From Octopus sinensis (lineage: Eukaryota): a stretch of 64,000 nt of DNA. Every line of letters begins with the position of its first letter. The stretch's first letter is position 1. The notes below the pieces were generated by a model. The model ran no database searches. It saw nothing but the letters and a program-made list of their open reading frames with translations, and had not been told where the DNA came from. The stretch is from assembly GCF_006345805.1 (NCBI RefSeq), contig NC_042998.1, positions 178,932,001 to 178,996,000 on the forward strand, given 5' to 3'. The position numbers and the translations under genes were made by a program. Shown piece by piece: positions 39,501 through 50,065 of this stretch.

Positions 39501-41886
39501 CTGTTCATACAAACCTGTCTAATGATAACCATTACCTTATTTTCTTGCTATAAAAAATCTCAGGAGCTTGTTTGTGAGAAAGATTATGCCAAAACAGACA
39601 GCGAAGCCTGGTCAGCCCCTGTCAGACTGTCCAACCCATGCCAGTATGGAAGGCAGACGTTAAATGATGATATATATATATATTAGAAGAAATGAGGTAC
39701 TCAGAAATCCGGATGGTTTTATATTTACAGATATTTATTAGTATGTTACATGTTTTTATACATCATATATTACATATCATATATTAGCACTTTCATCCAT
39801 TCTAGTGGAGTCTTCAGATTGAAGTAACTTAGTTCAATTTGAAGACTCCACTAGAATGGACGAAAGCACTAATATATAATATGTGATATATGATGTATAA
39901 AAACATCATATATCTAACTTAGTTCAATTTGAAGACTCCACTAGAATGGACAAAAGCACTAATATATAATATGTGATATATGATGTATAAAAACATCATA
40001 TATCTAACTTAGTTCAATTTGAAGACTCCACTAGAATGGACAAAAGCACTAATATATAATATGTGATATATGATGTATAAAAACATTTAACATACTAATA
40101 AATATCTGTAAATATAAAACCATCCAGATTTCTGAGTACCTCATTTTTTCTTATATATATATATATATTTATTGTTGATGCCTTAAGAATTTATACACTT
40201 TCGAAAGAAAATAGCCTTATGTATGCTTAGAGATGTTCCAAAACAGAAATATATATATATATATTGCTCATCATGTGAGTTTTATGTAAAAATTTGACAA
40301 AAATTTGAAGTAAATTACATTTTTTTTTTTAGCTGATGAAAGCTGCAATTCAATTTGAAGAAGATTTACGATCACATCTAGCACGTCAAGCTGCAGCTCA
40401 TAGTTGTCACCTGAAGGATGCTCTCGAAGTACATGAGAAAGAACTTGAGACAGAGTTTGATAAGAGACTGAATATAAAGATTCTGGAAGAACGAGCTACC
40501 TTCCAGACAGAGATGTCTGGTTGGATTGGTCGGCTGAAAGGTATTGAAGCTGCAGTTGAAGGTAGGTCATTTTACCTTTTTGTTTAGTCATTCATCATCC
40601 TCATCATCATCATCGGTTAACGTCCGCTTTCCATGCTAGCATGGGTTGGACGATTTTGACTGAGGGCTGGCGAACCAGATGGTTGCACCAGTCTCCAATC
40701 TTGATTTGGCAGAGTTTCTACAGCTGGATGCCCTTCCTAACGCCAACCACTCCGAGAATGTAGTGGGTGCTTTTTACGTGCCACAGGCCAGTCAGGCAGT
40801 ACTGGCAACGACCTCGCTCGAATCCTTTTACATATGCTACCAGCATAGGTGTCTGTAAGGCGACTTTGGTAACGATCATGCTCGAATGGTGCCCTTTTAC
40901 GTGCCACTGGCATGGAAGCCAGTTGGCTGCTCTGGCAACGATCACACTCGGATGGGGCTCTTGGTACCCTACTAGCACGGGCACAAGTTCTAATTTCAGT
41001 AATTTTCTATTCTGTGTTAAAAAACATTGCTGGCTTTTCAAAAAGCTGAATTGGCATTTTTTCCTTTTTTTTTTTTTTGCTGATACACTTGATAAACCTT
41101 AAATGGCAGAAAACTGAAAATTTTCTCTCTCTTATAAATGTAAGAACATGTATACGTTGTATACATGTAAGAACATTAAAGTTGTTGTTAGTGTTGTTTT
41201 TCTTTCATAAGTTTATGAAGTTGTACTAAATTGTAAATTGCAATGTCTTTTTTTTTTTGTCTTTAGCCCGAGCAGAAACAGAGAAATTAGCTAAACAAGC
41301 TCAAGAGTTATGGCTGGCTTGTGTAGCTCTTAACGGCGTCATTCGACAGGGGCGTAAAAATATACTGTCTAATGAAAACCAATTGAAACCGTTGAAGAAA
41401 GAAATCAGAACAGTTACTGATGCTGGGCAGAACCATCCATTTGTGTCAACAATCTTAAACTCTATCCCTGCAGTGGCAATTGAACGTGGAGTTTGGACAG
41501 AGGATGCTCTGAAGGAGCGTTTTATTAAAGTGAAAAAAGTGTGTAAAAACGTGGCTATGATAGAAGCTCCAGGCTCATCATTGTTTAAGTATCTTCTCTC
41601 CTACTTACAGTCGTTTCTTATATTTGAGGCTGCATACATCAAGAAAGAGAAAGATCTAATAGATGTTGAAGAACTGACTACTTTTGCCATTTTGGCCAAT
41701 GCCGACCATTATCTCGAAAAAGGTGATATTGAGAGAGCTGTGCGCCTCATGAATCAATTACACGGCCAGTCCCGGTACGTAGCTTCCGACTGGCTCCAGG
41801 AAGCCAAACTGTTCCTCGAGACACGACAAGCTGCTGAAGCTCTTATTGCATTCGCAGCAGCCCGAGGACTAGGACAGTTATTTTAG
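13709..41886 (+). CDS. IMMT: MICOS complex subunit MIC60 (mitofilin), 13 coding exons, 2190 nt / 729 aa (728 aa if the upstream exon-3 donor is used)
   Basis: The spliced product has a presequence, a TM segment (WILGTGLTGFTGVVGYAWY-DP), coiled coils (SEEDLNSLIVHAHTRIDQL, LARQAAAH) and the C-terminal mitofilin domain (RGVWTEDALKERF...YLLSYLQSFL...GDIERAVRLMNQLHGQSRYVASDWLQEAK). All 12 introns are GT-AG and phase-consistent. Confidence 0.96.
17588..17676 (+). CDS. IMMT: IMMT exon 2 (RCCVAKYQQALIHSRRKLSTQAPGSGSAL)
   Basis: atttCAG| acceptor, AA|GTGAGT donor; RRKL-ST resembles an MPP cleavage context. Confidence 0.9.
18636..18827 (+). CDS. IMMT: IMMT exon 3 (TM segment); 3' end is 18827 or 18824
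   Basis: tttctttttaCAG| acceptor; GYAWYDPSVKNAIEQNIPYS matches the mitofilin post-TM motif; two in-frame GT donors 3 nt apart. Confidence 0.92.
19288..19348 (+). CDS. IMMT: IMMT exon 4 (LPWSTTEEPAPQEAPKPVKK)
   Basis: tttttTAG| acceptor, AAG|GTAAGG donor, phases 2/0. Confidence 0.88.
20295..20770 (-). mobile_element. tRNA/CORE-like composite SINE with an internal (TA)n/(TG)n microsatellite
   Basis: Head ggctgtgtggtaag...ggttcagtcccactgcgtggcaccttgggcaagtg, then the microsatellite, then a second module ending gactgaaacaagtaaaag. Copies lie near 20825 (+), 29635 (+), 47435 (+) and 55645 (-). Confidence 0.85.
21303..21342 (+). CDS. IMMT: IMMT exon 5 (VPKLPDPEEIKRK), 40 nt
   Basis: tttccccttCAG| acceptor, AAG|GTAAGT donor, phases 0/1. 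Confidence 0.88.
22123..22317 (+). CDS. IMMT: IMMT exon 6 (E/K-rich helix)
   Basis: ctttCAG| acceptor, AAG|GTACAG donor, phases 1/1; in frame with ORF 22146. Confidence 0.88.
23288..23774. mobile_element. Non-autonomous Tc1/mariner (pogo/Tc2-like) MITE, 487 bp
   Basis: TIRs ccgtaaatcctcgagtataat / attatactcaaggatttacgg, TA on both sides. Confidence 0.85.
25980..26119 (+). CDS. IMMT: IMMT exon 7 (ALVLIVTTAMKNAKE...AVKQHAKFLKNAMEDASA)
   Basis: ttttttcctCAG| acceptor, |GTATGC donor; aligns to the mitofilin AVNAHSNILKAAMD region. Confidence 0.92.
28142..28239 (+). CDS. IMMT: IMMT exon 8 (VLEKDSQWQAVASAYEIRQ...)
   Basis: AAG| acceptor, AG|GTAAAT donor; contains the conserved QW motif. Confidence 0.92.
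28497..28665 (+). mobile_element. Short RTE RT fragment
   Basis: Near copy of 31655-31815. Confidence 0.85.
29405..29635 (+). mobile_element. Same SINE family, nested in the head of another SINE
   Basis: Flanked by taagaagctagc / taagaagttagc; the host SINE resumes with ttcccaaccacatggttc. Confidence 0.85.
30074..30209 (+). CDS. IMMT: IMMT exon 9 (LQLEKLRKTLDD...SSSE)
   Basis: tttCAG| acceptor, GAG|GTAAGA donor, phases 2/0. Confidence 0.9.
31095..33492 (+). mobile_element. Long degenerate RTE LINE in IMMT intron 9 (RT plus 3' UTR array and tail)
   Basis: DEMQFGFVPG..TTDAIF..RQLQEKYLAKDKPLYLAFVDMEK (RT domains 2-3), many stops; 65-66 bp array at 32975-33330; (GAT)n/(TA)n end. Confidence 0.92.
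33792..33918 (+). CDS. IMMT: IMMT exon 10 (VSRAESEGKMAEKYKHLVDQSREKFRRELESIVP)
   Basis: gaCAG| acceptor, A|GTAAGT donor; matches the mitofilin AQSEAKVVSQYHELV...FKRELDSITP region. Confidence 0.94.
35978..36196 (+). mobile_element. tRNA-derived SINE, full-length, 13-bp TSD
   Basis: A/B-box-like head (ggcgagctggcagag...gttcaaattcc), cctttcatcctttcggggtcgat body, TSD aaatataatgaaa at 35965-35977 and 36197-36209. Family copies lie near 10930, 25165, 27045, 27237, 29405, 35225 (-) and 62650. Confidence 0.9.
36409..36632 (+). CDS. IMMT: IMMT exon 11
   Basis: cttcTAG| acceptor, |GTAAGT donor; encodes DLNSLIVHAHTRIDQL. Confidence 0.95.
37285..37815 (+). mobile_element. 5'-truncated RTE LINE 3' end
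   Basis: Same RT-tail and 3' UTR family as 1125-2190. Confidence 0.8.
39685..40151. mobile_element. Foldback (inverted-repeat) element with a triplicated 90-bp unit; Penelope-like pseudo-LTR remnant suspected
   Basis: The left arm (39685-39822) is the reverse complement of the right arm; the 90-bp unit starts at 39825, 39915 and 40005; flanked by (TA)n; carries hammerhead-like cores. Confidence 0.6.
40333..40561 (+). CDS. IMMT: IMMT exon 12
   Basis: (T)nAG| acceptor, AAG|GTAGGT donor; encodes RQAAAH and RLKGIEAAVE. Confidence 0.95.
41267..41886 (+). CDS. IMMT: IMMT exon 13 (mitofilin domain, stop)
   Basis: ttttgtcttTAG| acceptor; ORF 41257..41886; ends GLGQLF-TAG. Confidence 0.96.
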
Positions 41887-42029
41887 GTTTGTAACTGATT
41901 TCATACTTGATCAGCCCTTATTTAATACAGATCATTGATGAGGTCATCATAGTTATAACAGAGATATATAAAACAAAAAAAAAAAAAAACCAACCACTTG
42001 TGTGTATGTACGAGATACACTTATATAGT

Positions 42030-42109
42030 CACATGTGTGCTGCTTTATATATGCATATGTTGTGTGTGCATTCATACACACGTGTGCATATGTGTGTATA
42101 TATGTATGT

Positions 42110-42143
<34 letters not shown>

Positions 42144-42475
42144 ATATATGTATGTATATATATATATATATGTATGTATGTATATGTGTATATATATGTA
42201 TATATATATGTATGTATGTATATGTATGCATATATGTATGTATGTATATGTATGCATGTATGTATGTATATGTACGCATATATGTATGTATGCATATGTA
42301 TGCATATATATATGTATGTATGTATATGTATGCATATATATGTATATGTATGCATATATATATATATATGTATGCATATATATATATATGTATGTATATA
42401 TATTTATGTATGTATGTATGTATATGTATGTATATATATGTATGTATGTATGCATATGTGTGTGTGCATGTATGC
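42030..42475. repeat. Compound (TA)/(TG)/(TATG) microsatellite just 3' of the IMMT stop
   Basis: Direct inspection; it is the source of the spurious Y/I/M/V/C/H ORFs at 41907-42550. Confidence 0.97.
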
Positions 42476-44457
42476 ACACACTCTTACACTCCATTATATG
42501 ATGTTATTGTTTTTACATCTACTTTTTCCATGCTGACAGGGATTGACTGAGATTCCCTTGCAAACATGGAAAAAAAAGTGCATGTAATAACAATGATGAT
42601 GTTATATGTGAGTACAAACACACACACACATATGTATCATACAACTCAAACACAAATATGCTTTTCACTCTGTCAGGTGTGAAGTCTGAAGTTCAAACCT
42701 CAAATTCAACTTGCCTTTTTCTCCCTTGTGTTTGGGTGTAAATAAGAAATTAAAAACTTGTCTGTCTCTCTCTTTTGAGGCTATTTGAGGACTGCAGAAA
42801 GAGTTTCAATAATGTGTTATCAGTTATCAGAGAGTGTTTTAGTTAAAAAGAAATTTAAAAAATATTTGTTTCAAAAATATGAAATCATAGTTTAACAACA
42901 AATAATCTCAACACTTTTTTTTTTCTGATTTCATCTTATTTTTCAGTGACTTTGCACTATTCTAAACCAATGTCAAATTAGCTTTAGCTTCAGGAAATAA
43001 GAAATTATAAAGTATATTACAAATTCAAAATACTACAATTTTTTTTAACTCTGATACTTTTTCTTTAAATATCATTAAGTTTGAAACAGCAGATTGTCTT
43101 AGTTTTGTTACAGTAATGTTTCTCTGACAATTGCAATTATCACACAAGCCACCTTTCGCCATTTTTTCAACATTATGAAAACTTTTTAGCCAATTAGTTT
43201 TCTTGAAGTCCTTCTATATATATATACACATATATATATATGCCTCACAGTAAAACCTAAAAATTGGTGGATCCTCTAGTTTTTTTTCCCCTTTTTCTTC
43301 ATAAGAATATTATAAAGCATTCTTGAACTGGAAATAAATTATACATTTGCAAATAAAAACTGATTAGAAAAATTAATTTTTTTTTTCTTGCATTTGTAGA
43401 ATTTTTGAAAATTTGGCAATTAAAAATACAATTCACATATCGTTTATTTAAACAAAGTTTTTTTTAAAAATTTATTTTCATTTGTTGAGAAGTTATTTCC
43501 AATCAAAGCCTCATTTTTATGATAATGAGGGTTCTGAATGGTTTTGTTTTATACAGTGATGCTTTTTTTATGATTTTACATTAATGTTTTGATACTAGTG
43601 AGAATAGAACTGCTTTTATTAGCTGACGACTGTTATACCACTTACATTTAACCATAGTCTAGAAGTGGAACCTGTTATCAGCCAGGCATACTTATGCATG
43701 CAGAGTTACAGTCCTTGTTCAGAACTACAATAGAATATCTGAAATATGTCTTGAATTTTTCCCCATGTGATCTTTATAGTACCATCATGTATGCATGCAT
43801 CCATCAAAACATCTGTTCCATGTTGGTATGGAAGGTGTTGTATATTTAGATAGTTTCAAGATGATGATGATGATCAGTGTCTGCTTTGGCAGGGTTTCTA
43901 TAGCTGGATGCCCTTCTTAATGCCAACCTCACCAGAGTGTGAATTAGGGGCTTTATTTGTAGCACTAGCATTTATGGGGTCACCAAGCAACTTGCAAAAC
44001 AAGACACCCATGACAAATTGGAGGAAGATAGCTTTGTACCAGGTGTGGAGAGGCTAAAGTAGGAAAGGAGGACAGGAACAGGTGTCTTGTTATAGAAGAG
44101 ATACATGGGTATCCTAGCAGGAAAGAGAGAAAGGAGATGAGGTATCAGGGCATACCCTCAAAGTACAAGAGAGTCAAGAGGTACAAGGTACAAGGTCTAG
44201 AGAGAGAATGGGGAGAGAATTGAGAATCCTCATCATTTAATGTCTGTGTTCCATACTAGAATAGATTGGAATTGATTTGAAGAAATGTTGCGAAGCATTT
44301 GAGCTGGTGTGAGAAACATAACCTAGCAGGTGAGGAAATATGGGATCAAATGTAGGAATTAAAGGAAAAACATGCTAATGTTGCTTGTCCAAAAGTTTAT
44401 AGTGCCACAGTGAAGGCAATGGTGTTTTGGTGGCTTTAAAGACTTTGTTATAGTGTA

Positions 44458-45295
44458 CGAGGTGATATTAAAAAGTTCCTGGACTAGTTCTGTAGCATGC
44501 CAACAGATGGCAGCACACGGTTGCATGTGCATTGAGAGCTAGCTGTGATCTTCATGAGGCAGTGTGCTGAGTGACATCACTGTGTTTACTTCCTAAGGTG
44601 TGAAATTTGTGTTTCTGTGATCACGTGTATGCTGTAGCCTGCGATTTTTGTCATGGACAGGGTCAAAAAAAAAAAAAACAATGTGAAATTTTGCTCTAAT
44701 CTTGGGAAATCTGCTACAGAGACATTGAGCATGCTTTGGCAAGTTTACAGGGACGAGGCAATGGGTTCTACACGTTTCGAGTTGCATGGTTGCTTCAAAA
44801 ATGGAAGATGATGAGTGATCTGGATTACCTGCCATGAGGGTCACCCCTGGTAACATGGAAAAACTTCTTCACCATGTGCATGAAAATTGTTGCAGGACAA
44901 TCAAGTGTTTTGAAGTGTTTGAGGGAGGGCATTCGGCAAAAGCGATTGGATTCTTCACAATGACAATGCACCCTGTCACTAAGCTCTCTTCACTCATGAG
45001 TTTCTCACCAAAAACATATTTCTTCTGCACCCACCCTATTCACCAGATTTAGCACCTGCAGACTTCCATCTCTTTCCCGAGATGAAAGTGTAACTCAAAG
45101 GTTGTCGAGATCAAGAGTGAATCACAGAAGGTCCTCAACTTGCTTATGGAAAACAACTTCCAGGGTGGATTCCAAAAGTGGCAGAAATGCTGGGACCGGT
45201 GTATTGCTGCATACGGTTTCAAACAGGATAATGTTAAAACTTAAGTAATTAAGTGATTTTTTATTGAACATAGCTAGTCCGGGAACTTTTTGATC
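44458..45295 (+). mobile_element. Internally deleted mariner
   Basis: TA then TIR gatattaaaaagttcctggactag, with ctagtccgggaactttttgatc at the other end; encodes HNDNAPCH and HPPYSPDLAPADF. Confidence 0.88.
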
Positions 45296-45729
45296 TAGTG
45301 TATTTTACATCTTACTATGAGGATTTAAGCTTAGCTATTCAATTTAACAGTGTGCTGTATCACCCTCAATAATTATTAATTAATTGTTCTAATGGGTAAG
45401 GAGTTCCTATGTAGGTGCTAAGAGTAGCAGCCAAATCTTCCCACAAATCACATTTTGTTGTCTTGATAAAAAGATATATTGCATACGTGGTCCTGACTTT
45501 ACTGTACTTAGGCATTAAATGGGATGCTGACAGCTGCTATTGTGTCTATGGTTTTTTTCTTAACCAGTCTATGAATTTATATTGCCGTCAATGATTAGGA
45601 CGCAAAATTTTAGGATTTGCCCAACAAGAGAGAACACTTTGTTTTAGAAATCTATAACTTTGGTTTTATAACTCAAATGGTTGGACTGTAGCATGAGATA
45701 ATTAGGGTGTATGGGTTACCTTTGAGTGT

Positions 45730-46190
45730 TGTGATGATTATTCTGGAGAGAGTCTGTACACAAACGGTTGCTGAACAAATTGTGGTATACAGTTAGAATT
45801 CAAGAAAATCTTATGAAGAAAACAGAAGGGTTCAGGAGAATGATTTAGTGTTGGAGAAATCTTAATAGTCAAAAGACTCACTGGGGGGAGTTGGGGCCAA
45901 AAATCTACAAATAGCCTTACCATTTGTAGCTTTCTTGAAAGCTTTTGATTCTGTCCAATAAGATGAAATGGATCGAATTCTTTTTGCATATAGTGTACCT
46001 TGAAATAAGTAGTAGTAGTAGTAGTAGTAATGTTGCTCTACAAGAATACAGGAGCTGAAGTAGTATTAACTAATGGAGACACTGATTTCTTCAATATTAA
46101 TGCAAACATCTTGCAAAATGACATGCCTATACCATTCCTGTTTATCATTTTCCTGGCTTATAACCTCTGCACTTCAATTGTCAAAATTCA
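45730..46190 (+). mobile_element. Old RT fragment from a second LINE lineage
   Basis: Translates to FVAFLKAFDSV...ILFAYSVP and MLLYKNTGAEV..NGDTDFF...ILQND...PFLFII, a decayed KAFD/QGD RT signature distinct from the RTE copies above. Confidence 0.65.
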
Positions 46191-49100
46191 AGAACTGACT
46201 GGCATCCATTGCTAGTGGAGCACTAAGAAGAGTACCATATGAGTGAGATCGTTGCCCAAGCAACAAGCTGGCCTTCGTGCCGATGGCAAGTTAAAAACAC
46301 CATTCGAGTGTGATCGTTACCTGTATCGCCTTACTGGCACTTGTGCTGGGGGCTCGTGAAAAAATATTTGAGCGAGGTTGTTGCCAGTGCCACTGGACTG
46401 GCTCCTCTGCAGGTGGCACATAAAAAGCATCATTTGAGCGTGGCCGTTGCCAGTACCATCTAACTGGCACGTAAAAAGCACCCACTACACTCTCAGAGTG
46501 GTTGGCATTAGGAAGGACATCCAGCTGTAGAAACTCTGCCAGATCAGATTGGAGTCTGGTTCGCCAGACCTCAGTCAGATCGTCCAACCCATGGAAAGTG
46601 GACGTTAAACGATGATGATCTCCACTTTACAAAATCCATTTCTACTCATCACATAACCACAATAATACGAGACATGTTTCTGATGCTGATCCTCACAGAC
46701 ACCTGCTCAAAAGCTATGACCTCACTGCTTAACCTTGAAAATGTTACAGAAGATATTGGTTTTTTTTTTTCCACTTCATGAGCTTATTGTAACCAAGTTT
46801 TACCAACATACATATTGCAATGTTAGTTTGCAATTTTCTATGGAAACATGTCCAGACAAAGGTAAATATTACCTTGCTTGGAAACAGGTGAGGGTTACAG
46901 ACAGGAACAACATATGGTTGTTGAAATTCTCCCTCAACGGTTCATGTTTAACCCATGCAAGAACACTGGAGAAGTATACACTAAAATGATAAACTGGCTC
47001 CTATGTTTAATGCCTTAAAAACTGAATTTATTTGCTTAAAATAAGGAGAGTTCAATAAATACAATGAAACAAAATCCTTTAAGGTCTGTAAACTCCTTCA
47101 TATTTTCAGAAAATAATACTGCATCTACAGAAAAGAATGTAGCAGTTTGTCTTGCAAAAACATTGGCTGTTGTGGATCTAGAATTAAACTAAGTCGATCA
47201 AGTGTTGGTTCTTGTTATTTGACAGCTTAGTGATATTGATGACAGAGCACGGTAGCTTGCAGTATTTTTTGAAGTGGTGCATGGAGGGCACAAAAGAAAT
47301 GTACTGCTCTTCATACAAAGGTCAAAATATTTGTACACTACGAACAGGAAGTTAAAGATTTATGAAAAAGGATAAACTATTGTTTACTTTATGTTAATGA
47401 TACTAGAACATAGGTACAAGCATGGCTGTGTGATTAAGAAATTTGCTTTATAGCCACATGATTTCAAGTTCAAGGTTAGTGTCATCTATAAATCCAGGCC
47501 AACTGATGACTTGTGACTGAATTTAATTGAGAGAAACCCTGCAGAGACCATCACACACACACACACACGTGTGTGTGTATACAGGTATGTATGTGCATGA
47601 TTGTGATTTTCAGTCACCTTGACAATTGGTTTGCTTACGTCCCCCTAAAATTAATGGTTTGTTAAAAAGAATCCAGTACTACCAGACTTTTAAAAATAAG
47701 TCTTGGGATCGATTTGATTGATTAAACTCTTCAAGGTGGTGCCTGGGCAAGGTTGCAGTCCAAAAGACTAAATAAATAAATTAGTAAAGAGCAGAACAAA
47801 AATATGAATAGCTCAGTTTTTCAAGATACTAGGGCATATTAAGTATTAATTCTCTAAGCCTTAAATTCATCATCATTGCTTTAATGTTCTTTTTCCATGC
47901 TTGCATGCATGAAATGGAATTTGTTGAAGTAGATTTTCTATGTGTGGATGGCCTTCGTTTTATCAACCTTTCAAGCAAGGTAATCTTTCCCTACGACTGG
48001 ACATGTTCTCACAGAAGACTGGTAACAAACAGCACCACTTGTATGACGGTGACACTCATTTACAAACAACACATAATGTCAATGAAGAAAACATGCAGTC
48101 ACATACATACATGCACATATCTTTTACTTGTTTCACTGCTGCCATGCTGGAGCATTGCCTTGAAGGGTTTTAGTCAAATAAATCATCCCCAATACTTATT
48201 TTTAAGTCTGGTACTTATTCCATCAGCCTTTTTTTACTGAACCACTAATTTAAAAGGATGTAAGGAAACCAACACCAGTTGTCAAGTAGAAGTGGTGGTT
48301 GGTGGGACAAAAGTGCACATACACGAACTTCCACTCAGTTTCCATTTATCAAATTCACTTGCAATCATTGGTTGACCTAGGGTTTTAGTAGGAGACAGTT
48401 GTCCAAGGTGCTATACTGTGGAACTGGATCTGAAACCACATGGTTACAAAGCAGATTTCTTAACCACACAGCCAGGCCTGCACCCCAACACAAACAGGCT
48501 TCTTTAAGTTATATCCACTCACAAGATCAACCCAAGACTCTACACAGTGGAACTGAACCTGAAACCATGTGGTTTGGAAATGAACTTCTTAACTATACAG
48601 CCATATCTTTACCTTATATTATATTTAAAAAAAACCCTCTGTGTATCCCACCCATATATTTATTACTGTGCATCAATGTGTTGCAGTGTATCATTTGAGA
48701 AACTCTGGTCTAATAACAATTGCTTGTACATCTGCTGGTGTATCTTTACAATTTGAGAAAAAGCAAATCTCCATTGAAACAAACTGAAGCAGATACAACT
48801 TAAAAAAAAAAAAATTATCAAAAGTTCACCATTTAAATGATTTTCATTTTATTATTTACAAACAAAATCTTGTTAAAATTCTTTATTGAAATTACACAGA
48901 ATAATACATTTATGAAAAAATACTGGTTAGTTATATTCATTTATTTAAACAAGACTTCCTCCATTAAATACTTGTAAAATTGATTTAATATGTTCCAAGC
49001 CCTAATCATAGGGATGTGATATTAATTATTGCTTTTTGAATAAAAACATGATTGTTTCTGAAATACAGTTTTTTGATATGTATATGTTCACCACTTAAAT

Positions 49101-49436
49101 GTGGACATTGCATTAGTACAAACATACACTGCCACTTGGTGTCTATCATTGAAAGGATTAATTAGGCCCAGACCACGTGATCTGGTAGTCTGAGCGGTGG
49201 AAGTAGCAGTGATTGTCTACAGCTGGTGATAGCTATGGTGTGCTTTTATGCATGATGTAACCATATGAGAGTTTCTTTTGGAAAATATTGCAGTATGCAA
49301 CATCCTCTTTTAAGTGGTGAATAACTTTTAGTATGAATACTGCTTCTATCACCCAATTTATTTTATGTGTGTGTATATAATATATATATATATATATATA
49401 ATTTATACATACATATATAATATATACATATGTATA

Positions 49437-49504
<68 letters not shown>

Positions 49505-49508
<4 letters not shown>

Positions 49509-49668
49509 TGATCACATGACAGAGCAGACCATCAGATGTTGCTACACATCGCTGGTCACAATGCGCTTCACATTGTTTTCGCTCAATAAACACTCACCCA
49601 GTCTGGGAATCGAAACCGCGATCCTACGACTGCAAGTTTGCTACCCTAACCACTGGGCCATTGCGCTC
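49505..49668 (-). mobile_element. tRNA-derived SINE with (TA)n tail
   Basis: Head ggcccagtggttaggg...ggtttcgattccc; tail merges into the 49440-49505 microsatellite. Confidence 0.8.
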
Positions 49669-49941
49669 ATATAAGTGATTTATACCAGTCTGTATAGTTT
49701 GAACATTTAGTGTACCTTGCACTTTACTTCAATAGAGAAATCTACTTCCAAGCCTTTGAACATTTTTTCAACCAATATATCCCTCTTCATTTGTTCTCTA
49801 CTTATTATTTCTTCACCCTTTCTCTTCCTATGGTCTGCACTTGATGTCAGATCTACTAGCGGTTATTTTAAAAATACTTAATAGCGTTCTGTTTATCATT
49901 TATGCAGTCATTAAAATTGTTATAATGTCTTGTTGAGAAAG

Positions 49942-50049
49942 GTTCTCTTTCTTTCCTGATGAGAAGATTACATTATTTTACACCTTTTATTCTTTTGGAA
50001 TAAAACCAATGTTGTCTTCGAAACATATGTCGAAAGTAAAAGAATTCGA
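49942..50049 (+). ncRNA. Type I hammerhead ribozyme (intact catalytic core; predicted cleavage after C50031)
   Basis: Stem I CTTTC(49951-55)/GAAAG(50032-36); CTGATGA 49956-62; stem II GAAGA(49963-67)/TCTTC(50015-19); GAAA 50020-23; stem III AC-ATAT-GT; GUC triplet 50029-31. Confidence 0.75.
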
Positions 50050-50065
50050 ATAACACCTGCGTTCA

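Noticed and set aside
41907-42550. Six overlapping long ORFs (108-209 aa) rich in Y/I/M/V/C/H
   Set aside because: Translations of a (TA)/(TG) microsatellite, which lacks stop codons in most frames.
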